The notes: generated by a model not told the origin, from the sequence alone. 13,474 bases of DNA from Octopus sinensis (GCF_006345805.1 NW_021826303.1:1-13474), one strand, 5' to 3'. Shown: positions 1 to 8,887, counted from the stretch's first letter. Program-made: numbers and translations.

Positions 1-274
1 CTAAAATAATTCATGTGCTCCTGAGAGATTGTTAACCAAACGCCTATTGTATTCTAAATATACATACATGTGTCACCATGATTGATCGCTAGCCATTAAA
101 CCTTTTTTCTATTTTCTCTCCTTGTTTATTTCTGAGTTCCTTTCTGATGAAGAGCGCAGGCTCGAAGAGTAAAAGACTGACTTCCCGAGCGTTAAACCAA
201 TACATCAGTTTGTTGTTTACGCATCCGTGTTCGTCTCTGCTTTTTGTTTTGTAAATTCCAACTATATATATATA
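1..274 (+). mobile_element. Short interspersed repeat resembling a Penelope-like element terminal repeat, carrying a hammerhead-like motif
   Basis: Shares TGTGTC(A/G)CCATG(A/C)TTGA and CCTTT.TG.TGAAGAGCG(C/T)AGGCTC with the inverted copy at 10322-10456. Contains CTGATGA-A-GAGC/GCTC-GAAG at 144-167 and ends in a TA tract. PLE assignment is inference from the known PLE-hammerhead association. Confidence 0.55.
140..175 (+). ncRNA. Degenerate minimal type I hammerhead ribozyme motif
   Basis: Stem I CTTT 140-143 / AAAG 172-175; CTGATGA 144-150; extra A151; stem II GAGC 152-155 / GCTC 160-163; GAAGAGTA 164-171 instead of GAAACGTA, so this copy is probably inactive. Confidence 0.5.
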
Positions 275-1598
275 GCCACTATTTGTTGGCCCACGTTCTG
301 CAATTTAGTTATAGTTTTTCTGCGGGGGCAAAGCACTAAATAAGGACTCAGGAATTGGGTAACAGATATAGAGCTAAATGAACGTGAAATGCATTGGTTA
401 GTACCAGGAAACCTGTGTGTTTAGATATGTATAAATCATATTATATGTGCATAAAACATACACGGTTATATAGTATAGTCTGGGATTTGTATATCATTAA
501 AAACAATCTAGATTTTCTAGCTCATGATATCAATATCTCGTTTCTCATTCTGCATTTTGTATCATATAATTATGTGAACAGCGATGGGCAAGTACTCTAA
601 TCGTGCTGGAGAATAACTGGGTAGTTACGGACGTGAAACTATTTGAAACTTTTATATTCATGGTACACCCACATACAATTATGCTTACGTATATACATAC
701 AGAAATGTGCATGCATGCAAAGACAGGTATTTCAATATAGATAAATATTTCACATCATTCATATTCAGTGCAACATTTCTTGAAGTTGTGATAGTTCCAT
801 CACGTTGATGTATATGCATGTGCCGTCCAGGAACAGCAAAAATAACTAGTTACTTCGTCAATAAAATAGATGAAAATGTCACTTTGCTTCGAGGTTTTGA
901 TTGATGGTGGTGCTCAATCCAACACACAACAAACACCAGAAGTAGCTATCTACCACGAACGTAATCTCCTATCTTCCCACGCATCATGAAATTTGGTGTG
1001 AAAAAGCATTTCTAATGAAATCTTCAAGAATATATTGACATGACAACCTCACAAAAGCCCATAAATATAAATACTAGAATGAGTTCGAACTTTTGTATAT
1101 AAATAATATTGGTGGTTTATTCAACAAAAACAGTAACAGATACAAAGGATTTGTTATTGCCCTATGTGACAGAAAGTAATAGATAATCACTGGTAAGATG
1201 TCCAGCTGCCAAACTAACTTGAATATATAATCTAAATTCGGTAAAATGGGAATAGCTCCGGTGAACTTATGATGAATATCCAGCTCTTGTGTCAAGTTTA
1301 TGGAATTTAATTTGTTCCCATTCTTATAGTTGTAAAAAGAGATATAACACCAGTTCAGCCAAAATACTCCACAATAGTAGGATTCCTTAATGTAGAACAT
1401 GGGAGAATGAGTTGACCAATCTCTGGTCGAAACATATCTAAGTTTTATCTATAATTTGAAACTGACTTATTGGAAGTCCACCTGAAGATTGTCGATCAAG
1501 ACAAGAAACGATGTAGTGGCGGTTTTTTGACTATTTATTAAATTTTATGTATTGATTAAGTCTTTCCTTGTTGGTTTGCAAAATAGTGGTTTTGTCTC

Positions 1599-1631
1599 TA
1601 ATAAATTTTATATATATAATATATATATACA

Positions 1632-1672
<41 letters not shown>

Positions 1673-1810
1673 ATATATACTATGACATACAATATATATA
1701 TATATATATACATACATATATATTTACATACAACATATATATTTACATAGATACATATATACATACATATATATATACATATATATATACATACATACAT
1801 TCATACATAC

Positions 1811-1848
<38 letters not shown>
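1599..1848. repeat. Compound (TA)n/(TACA)n microsatellite
   Basis: Seen directly; explains the IYIY-type ORFs at 1531-1911. Confidence 0.97.
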
Positions 1849-1849
<1 letters not shown>

Positions 1850-1857
1850 TTATGTCA

Positions 1858-1935
1858 GGTCACTTTCGAGTGCTACCGGTAACATGTAACCCAATACAAC
1901 CTGTTGCATGATCGGGTCGTCTGCGACTAAACCGG
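1858..1935 (+). ncRNA. Candidate HDV-like self-cleaving ribozyme, non-canonical variant
   Basis: Hand fold gives the HDV strand order: P1 GGTCA 1858-62 / TGATC 1909-13 plus TGC 1871-73 / GCA 1906-08; P2 CCGGT 1876-80 / ACCGG 1931-35; P3 AACA 1881-84 / TGTT 1902-05; GGG 1914-16; P4 TCG/CGA 1917-26; J4/2 CTAA 1927-30. Confidence 0.5.
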
Positions 1936-2398
1936 CAACCCCACGAAGTTTGCTTGGTGAGGAGAGTGTTTATTGGATACCCTACAGGATGAAAAACAAA
2001 ACCTGTCAAAGGGCGGAGGAACTCTTGAGAGTCAACGGCAATCCAATAAATGTGTTAAGGCTGTATCACGTGCAGAGACATAGCAATAATCGGACTGAAT
2101 ACACGATCGCGCGGTTAAACCAATGGGAGTGAAGGACTCCTAGCCTGTGTTAGGGCATCCTTCTAGGAGAAGGTAACTCAGGTAACTGGGTTAACTGCGA
2201 CAAAAAAATCTCAGTGGTTACCGATGATGTTGACTTGTTCTTCTTTTCGGATTATGGCTGCTGCTGCTTCGTGAGTGGGCTTGACTCAGTGCACAGCCTT
2301 TCCTCACTTTAAAAAAGATCTTCTTGCACAGGCTTTGCACGATAACATTGATAACGCTTCGTGCAATGGCCATACTTGATAATGAGGGGGCAGCCACC

Positions 2399-2400
<2 letters not shown>
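1858..2400 (+). mobile_element. RTE-clade LINE-like 5' UTR fragment or non-autonomous derivative
   Basis: GC-richer block bounded by TA tracts on both sides. Contains GGGCATCCTTCTAGGAGAAGGTAACTC (2153-2179), which I recall as a typical RTE 5'-region motif, and a structured 5' end. No RT or endonuclease ORF follows. Confidence 0.55.
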
Positions 2401-2435
<35 letters not shown>

Positions 2436-2440
2436 ATATA

Positions 2441-2924
2441 AACAATTGGAGCCTGGAAGGTGTTTATAAGCCATCTAAGAAACGCACAAAAACCGTTAGA
2501 TTCACTTCAACGTATAAATTTAATTCGTCAAAATATTTTCGTCGCTTTGAGAGCGCGACCTGTTTACTGACAAAATTCTGTGCTCTAATAAGCACCAGTA
2601 TTGCTCGAGATAAAAGTCAAAACAACTCAATAGCCATGAAAATCATTACTTTATTGAGTGACAAGGGAGGTATGCTCCCTACAGCAGCCAGATCATCGAT
2701 GATTTCGCATTTCCTTTAATGCTTATCAGTGCCTCTTATCGCGCCTAGGGCTAAACTTAACTGGCCTTGTCAGTTTATGAGATTTCCGTTGAAATCGCAC
2801 CCTGATTTCATAAACGATAAAAGGAAAGTATCACAAATAATGCCGGTGGCTTATCCGCAATTTTACAACTCACTGTCATATGTAATAACGGTTATAGTAC
2901 ACTTTGCCTGCTGCTGCCGAAATC

Positions 2925-2927
<3 letters not shown>
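2441..2927 (-). mobile_element. Unclassified interspersed repeat between TA tracts, possibly Penelope-like terminus
   Basis: Sharp TA-tract boundaries at both ends. Minus-strand hairpin GTCGC/GCGAC (2559-2541) is followed by GAAA-ATAT. Resembles an abundant octopus repeat from memory. Confidence 0.4.

Positions 2928-2998
<71 letters not shown>
2928..2998. repeat. (TA)n microsatellite
   Basis: Seen directly. Confidence 0.97.
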
Positions 2999-3307
2999 CA
3001 CGTGTGTGTATGTATGTTGTTGATATAAAAATATGTGTGTGGTGTTGTGGTAACGGAACATGTTTCAACTACGGTAGTTGTGCGATTTCGGCTATAGAAT
3101 CTTATTATTGAATAAATTATAAATAAATGTCTTGTTTACAATAAGTTCTAAGAGAAAAGATTTATTCTAATCCGCATTAGTTTAAAAAGCACAATATGTT
3201 CTGTATAAGTGAATTAAATATTTTTCCGAAGTATGCATTTCTATAGGGATAACAATAACTTTAATTGTAATAAGAGTAACAATCATATTTATATACACCG
3301 TGCACAT

Positions 3308-3351
<44 letters not shown>

Positions 3352-3353
<2 letters not shown>

Positions 3354-3537
3354 CGCATGAGTGGCTGTGTGGTAAGTACCTTGTTTACCAACCCCATGGT
3401 TCCGGGTTCAGTCTCACTGCGCGGCACTTTGGGCAAGTGTCTTCTACTATAGCCTGGGGCCGACCAAAGCCTTGTGAGTGGATTTGGTAGACGGAAACTG
3501 AAAGACGCCCGTCGTATATATGTATATATGTATATAT
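3352..3537 (+). mobile_element. tRNA-derived SINE, 5' half
   Basis: A-box-like TGGCTGTGTGG and B-box-like GGTTCAGTCTC, then TTGGGCAAGTGTCTT and GGATTTGGTAGACGGAAACTGAAAG, running into an internal TA/TG microsatellite. Matches my recollection of a common octopus SINE. Confidence 0.85.
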
Positions 3538-3689
3538 CTCCAAAAAGGAGAAGCAAAATTCCACCACGGCCGCTACTTTAAACAGACACTCGCTCTGACG
3601 GAAATATGCCTTAGTAAAAAAGGAAAAAAATTCTTTCGTGCAAATCTGACCCTGATACATACGATACAGCTAAGGGTCAGACCCGATTC

Positions 3690-4053
3690 TGATTGGTCAA
3701 CAAGTTGATGACGTCTAGCTCTGCTGGAATGGACAGGATACAAACAGGGGACAGTCATTAGTCAGAATATTGATGACGTCCTTTTCTGCTTGACTAGTCA
3801 CTTAACAAGTACAGACAGGGGGCAGATCTAATGTAGCTATAAGTCGTGATTGGGCAGAATCTGGATGACGTCCAGTTCTGCTTGACTAACGAAGCGACTG
3901 GTCAAAACAGGAAACAAACAAGAGGCAGTTATAATGCAGCGATTGGTGATGACGTCCCATTCTGCTTGACTAAAGCCACCTAACGAAACGATTGGTCAAA
4001 ACGTTGATGACGTCACGCTACGCTGGATTGACCACCTAACAGGCATTATAAAA
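3690..4053 (+). promoter_or_regulatory. Pol II promoter-like array: 5x (ATTGG ... GATGACGTC) plus TATAAAA
   Basis: GATGACGTC at 3707, 3772, 3864, 3948 and 4006; ATTGG/ATTAG at 3692, 3757, 3849, 3942 and 3991. Spacer is 10 nt in four of five units. TCTGCTTGACTA follows three units. TATAAAA at 4047-4053. Confidence 0.7.
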
Positions 4054-4261
4054 CCGAGCACTGCACAAAACCCACTAGAACCACGCAGCGAACATCCACC
4101 ACGGGTCATCACAATTGCTTAAGGTAATAATGAATTCCTCGCTCTTTCGGAAACGTCAATCTTCTGTATTGACCGCTTTCCACCACTTTGATCTGTTTTT
4201 TGTATTGAATACGTATCGCCACCGTGGGCCACTGCATCGAACACTTTGAACATATACTTCA

Positions 4262-4307
4262 AACTATATCAACTATACATGAACTATATATCAACTATAC
4301 ATGAACT
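4262..4307 (+). repeat. Short tandem duplication AACTATA(TA)TCAACTATACATG x2
   Basis: Units at 4262-4281 and 4282-4303, plus partial AACT. Confidence 0.9.
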
Positions 4308-4486
4308 CTAAGATGTCTGACTCCGTTGTGTATTATAAATGAATTTCTTGTGTTTGACGGCATGAGCTGTCTCTTTTTATATATAATTTTTTTGGTAAGG
4401 TTCATTTCAGGAACTGAAACATGTTATAATGTATATATAAAATTAAAAATTGTATAATACAGCAGCATTTTCGAACTTCATTTTTT

Positions 4487-4541
<55 letters not shown>

Positions 4542-4765
4542 GCGCGTGTGTGTTTGTGTGTCTGTGTTTGTCCCCCTAGCATTGCTTGACAACCGATGCT
4601 GGTGTGTTATGTTCCCCGTAACCTAGCGGTTCGGCAAAAGAGACCGATAGAATAAGTACTGGGCTTACAAAAGAATAAGTCCGGGGTCGAGTTGCTCGAT
4701 TAAAGGCGGTGCTCCAGCATGGCTGCAGTCAAATGACTGAAACATGTAAAAGAGTAAAAGAGAGT
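4542..4765 (+). mobile_element. tRNA-derived SINE, 3' half of the family at 3352
   Basis: TG microsatellite, then TGTTTGTCCCCC...GCTTGACAACCGATGCTGG...AAAGGCGGTGCTCCAGCATGG...GACTGAAACA and an (AAAAGAGT)-type tail. Linkage to the 5' half comes from the recalled family consensus. Confidence 0.75.
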
Positions 4766-4786
4766 ATATATATATATATAATAAAA

Positions 4787-4914
<128 letters not shown>

Positions 4915-5338
4915 TGTTCTTCTTATTATTTTTATTATTTAGCAGAATTAACAGCGTGACTGAAGAATATACCCCCACACACATGTAAATGCACACACAT
5001 TCATATGCTTACGAAGCGTGAGATGTATAAATCAAAGATGAGAAAGAAGAAAGAAAGATAGATATATGCATACATACATACATACATACACAAATCGACA
5101 CAGGGTGAAACAGAGAACGAGAAGGGCTGTTATTAGCATCCTGTGTTATCCGATGCTCTTTCGAATTTCGATCGGAACAATTTATTAAACCTATGAATTA
5201 TTTGTTTTTCCTTTGTTTCTGCCAGTTCCATTATCCTGCTTGTAATTCTCAAACATTAAAATACTATCATATTCCGGATACTTTCGGCGAACAGCCTCAT
5301 GGGAATATATTTGCCCAATGATATTTGCGATTTAAACA

Positions 5339-5736
5339 AAGCGGCAATCTGGCAGAATCGTTAGCACGTCGGGCGAAGTGCTTAGCATTATTTCGTCTGC
5401 CGCTACGTTCTGCTTTCAAATTCCGCGAGGTCGACTTTGCCTTTCATCCTTTCGGGGTCGATAAATTAAGTACCAGTTAAGCACTGGGGTCGATATAATC
5501 GACTTAATCCGTTTGTCTGTCCTTGTTTGTCCCCTCTGTGTTTAGCCCCTTGTGGGCAGTAAAGAAATAGGTATTTCGTCTGTGTTTACTTTCTGATTTA
5601 AAACTCCGCCGATGTCGACTTTACCTTTCATCCTTTCGGGGTTGATAAATTAGATACCAGTTGCGTACCGAGGTCGAACTAATCGCGAAGCCTCCTCCCC
5701 CCAAAATGTCGGGCCTTTTGTCTAGAGAAACAAATA
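5339..5736 (+). mobile_element. Dimeric tRNA-derived SINE with 18-bp target-site duplication
   Basis: Head TGGCAGAATCGTTAGCAC. Core GTCGACTTT(G/A)CCTTTCATCCTTTCGGGGT(C/T)GATAAATTA occurs twice, with the second unit starting at ~5570. TSD ATAT(T/A)TGCGATTTAAACA at 5321-5338 and 5737-5754. Confidence 0.9.
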
Positions 5737-5964
5737 ATATATGCGATTTAAACACAGTGTCCATTCAGATATTTTAAATATAATCTTGATAAGTGTAAAT
5801 GCATGAAATGCCTGCCCTTGCTTCACTCCATGCTTCTGCTAAATATTCATTCTATTTTTCACGTTTGCAACATCATATCTCCAATTGTTGTTTCCATGTT
5901 TTTGTTTTCTTAATAGAAATCAAATGACTCCGTATTAAAGAGTGACCATTAATGGAAAATACAA

Positions 5965-6188
5965 TATTCTTTTCTTTTCTGCTCTAGAGACAAGGCCCGA
6001 AATTTTTGTGGAGGGGGACCAGTCCATTAGATCGACCCCGGTACGCAAATGGTACTTAATTTATCGACCTCGAAAGAATGAAAGGCAAAGTCGACCGTAG
6101 CAGAATTTGAACTTAGAACATAAAGACAAACGAAATACCGCTAATCATCTTTGTCGGCGTGCTAGCGTTTTTGCCAACTCGCCGCCTT
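5965..6188 (-). mobile_element. tRNA-derived SINE monomer, same superfamily as 5339, with 13-bp TSD
   Basis: Reverse complement of the same core (TTTATCGACC.CGAAAG.ATGAAAGGCAAAGTCGAC). TSD ATGGAAAA(T/C)ACAA at 5952-5964 and 6189-6201. Confidence 0.9.
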
Positions 6189-6212
6189 ATGGAAAACACA
6201 ACTTGAAGGTAT

Positions 6213-7444
6213 TATTGGAAAACCCAATAAATAATGTGGTGCTTTTAATTTCATGAACTAAAATTCGGAGTGCAGCAAGATAAACTACCCGTGTCTAAAA
6301 GCAAGTAATAATTCTAAGTTGCACGTATTCCTAGTGCATGTTTTGAAGAGGGCAATTCGATTTTAACAGTTATATATTCAACAGCATATTCGTCATATTT
6401 TGCTTTATGAGTTCAATAAAGGCAACAGCACAATGGAAGGTGTGAGGAATATTAACGCAGTATATGGGGGTCGAAAAATAAGAGTAAGGCTATGTCAACG
6501 GTGGTTTGAGAAATTTCCAGCCGGAAACTACTGCCTAGAAGTTGAGCCTCATACTGAATGATCTGTAGAGCTCGACGTGGACGTCCTGCAAACCCTGGTG
6601 GAAGAAACTCCTACCGTGTTCATCGAGGAGCTAGCACATAGGTTTAGATTTGATCATTCAACCATTCATCAACAATTGGGTGCCATTGGTAACGTCAGCA
6701 GATTGGGTCAATGGATTCCTCACAAACCTTCCCAGTCTAATCGTGCGCAGAGAGCGAATGTATGTTCCTCTTTGCTCTTACGTCTCATGAATGAACTTTT
6801 TTTAGACCGAATAGCGACTGGTGACAAGTTGACAATAGCGTCTGGGTTCTCTATAAATGTCAAGCGCTGAAGACAGTGGTTAGGGAAAGGAGAAACAGCG
6901 GCGCCCCAGTGTAAAGAAGGTCTTCACCCACGTAAGGTGCTGTTATCTGTTTGGTGGGATGTGAAGATTTAGTATACTTTGAACGTTTAGACCAAAACCA
7001 AACGATAAATCAGCACTGGAAGAAAAACGACCATCTTCGGTATGGAAACGAAAAGAGTTCTGTCATCAGAATAATGTTCAGCTACGTAATATGGGGATGC
7101 TAAAGGCTTGAGCAGTTTAAATGGGAAATGATGTCCCACTCACCATATTCGAGGGACATTGCCCCATCTGATTATCAGTTATTCAGCAGTCTTCAAAATC
7201 ATTTGGACGGAAAAAATATGAATACTGTAGACGGGGTCAGAACAGTACTGGAGGAGTATTCTTCGTCACGGGCAAGTGAATTCTGGAAGAGGGGATTTCC
7301 AAGTATATGAGATAGCTGGAAGAGCATTGTAGAAAATGACGGAGAGGATATTTTAGATTAAAAAAGAAATTTAATTTTTTTTTAATTTTGAAAAATATAA
7401 GAAGTTTAAAAAAAAACGCATCATTCGTGGGATGACCAAATTTA
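6213..7444 (+). mobile_element. Decayed mariner DNA transposon (~1.23 kb)
   Basis: Transposase remnants inside. Degenerate TIRs: TATTGGAAAACCCAATAAATAATGTGG versus the reverse complement of CGCATCATTCGTGGGATGACCAAA. Ends are approximate. Confidence 0.85.
6379..7361 (+). pseudogene. Mariner transposase pseudogene
   Basis: Translated fragments HIRHILLYEFNKG, CQRWFEKF, WIPHKP (WVPHEL motif), FLDRIATGD, LHPRKVLLSVWWD and HSPYSRDIAPSDYQLF (YSPDLAPSDY motif). Has in-frame stops, frameshifts, an insertion near 6830 and a deletion near 7020. Confidence 0.92.
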
Positions 7445-7479
7445 TTGCTATAGTTATTTCTTTCAAAAGGAAACAAACA

Positions 7480-7680
7480 TCGGTTTAGAATTTTGGCACA
7501 AGGCAGGCAAATTTAGGGGAGAGTCTAAATAGATTACAGTAAGTCTAGGATTCAGTTAGCCTCTTTTTATCGACCCCGAAATGATGAAAATCAAAGTTGA
7601 CCTTGGTGGAATTTGAACTCGTGAAAACGAACGAATACCGTTAAGTATTTCGCCCGACATCCTAAGAATTCTGCCATTTT
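7480..7680 (-). mobile_element. Older degenerate SINE copy of the 5339/5965 family
   Basis: TTTATCGACCCCGAAATGATGAAAATCAAAGTTGACC...GGAATTTGAACTC...AATTCTGCCA aligns by eye with 6060-6180. Confidence 0.8.
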
Positions 7681-8337
7681 AAGTGTAATAAATATGAAAT
7701 GACTTTTAGAAGATTAATATTCATTACAAAAATTCTATTCGATGTTTTTGCGCATGGAACATTCAATTTTAATTATTATTTTCCTTCTAAATTTTCCATT
7801 TAACACGCAAATAATTATTTAACTGAAACGACAATTGTCGATATGATCTTAGTTGGAAACATTTACACAAATAATTGAATTACAATGTTTTAAGTGAAAT
7901 ATTATAAAAGTTAGGACAACTACTTAAATGAATCCTTGATTATATAAATGGGAAACGTTCACAAACCATTTAACATAATTGCAAGTTACAACTTGAAGTT
8001 CTAGAAATCGTATTTATAAAATTTACTTTGTGTCACTATAAACATTATACAATAATCACAATAATTATATACGTATATATTTAAAATATCTTTTTAAAAC
8101 TGGATAGCTTCGAATAGATATTTTATCGACATCTTAGAACCTTCGAGTCCTAATATTTAAATCAGATTTGAGCGTATGTTCTGCTTTGAATATTATTAAA
8201 TAATTCTGAAGTAACTTCAAGTTTTTATCTTGCAGTCATTATGTTCAGACTCTATATTCTGAAGCAAGCAAACATATGTAAACATGGCCACAAGATATTT
8301 TCATAAAGTCGAGAACATATGACATTTTACAACGATA

Positions 8338-8595
8338 TTAGACGATAGTAATTACACCGAGGAAGAGGGAATTACTCCATAAATGACAAAAGTTTGGTTC
8401 ACTTCGTTGTTCATTCCCAACAAATGATCGTTTCTGAATGTTCGCTCTACTTAGCAGTATATCGCCTCGTTTGCACAGAAAGGGAATATAGCAAGATGTG
8501 ATTGTGTTGTTAAGAAACTCGCTTCCCTTAGGAAATTGTTTTCCAGTATTATGACGGGTTGACCGAAGCGTCCTCAAAGCATTTTGGAGAAGAAA
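8338..8595 (-). CDS. Candidate coding exon of an unidentified gene ([16 protein letters not shown]...)
   Basis: Acceptor gtcttatttcag at 8596-8608 followed by 85 open codons in phase 0. Downstream end is uncertain: possible donors after 8376, 8358 or 8356, or the stop at 8338. Confidence 0.45.
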   Translation of the reverse strand, partial: FLLQNALRTLRSTRHNTGKQFPKGSEFLNNTITSCYIPFLCKRGDILLSRANIQKRSFVGNEQRSEPNFCHLWSNSLFLGVITIV

Positions 8596-8608
8596 CTGAA
8601 ATAAGACG

Positions 8609-8622
8609 TGTATATATATAAC

Positions 8623-8653
<31 letters not shown>

Positions 8654-8826
8654 GTGTGTGTGTGTGTGTGTGTGCGTGTGTGTATATATATGTATATATA
8701 TATATATATACATACATATATACATACCTACGTATATACATACATACATACATATATACATACATATATACATACATACATACATACATATATACATACA
8801 TAATACATACATATATACATACATAC

Positions 8827-8887
<61 letters not shown>

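Larger units (their letters stand above)
3538..4480 (+). mobile_element. Inserted ~0.95 kb LTR-like / Penelope pseudo-LTR-like segment
   Basis: Non-SINE sequence between the two SINE halves, bounded by TA tracts. Contains a repeated enhancer module, a TATA box and GAAACGTC at 4150-4157. Class is inference and the right boundary is approximate. Confidence 0.45.

Noticed and set aside
394-1530. ORFs 394-600 and 1074-1400, and a VLIDGGA peptide near 900 resembling an aspartic protease motif
   Set aside because: No further retroelement or transposase motifs and frequent stops; may be very old coding debris but cannot be supported.
1531-1911. ORFs rich in IY/YI/CV, here and at 8549-9131, 10447-10704, 11071-11253 and 12928-13202
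   Set aside because: Translations of microsatellites that lack stop codons.
1870-1940. Twister ribozyme, suggested by CCGGT...CCCAA and known from RTE 5' ends
   Set aside because: Lacks the GCCGGUCCCAAGCCCGG / GGAGGG arrangement; the HDV strand order fits better.
3690-4020. CRISPR-like repeat-spacer array
   Set aside because: Eukaryotic context, degenerate repeats with irregular period, related spacers and no cas genes.
5190-5320. Protein-like minus-strand frame IGQIYSHEAVRRKYPEYDSILMFENYK
   Set aside because: Bounded by stops with no usable acceptor, even after removing the SINE insertion.
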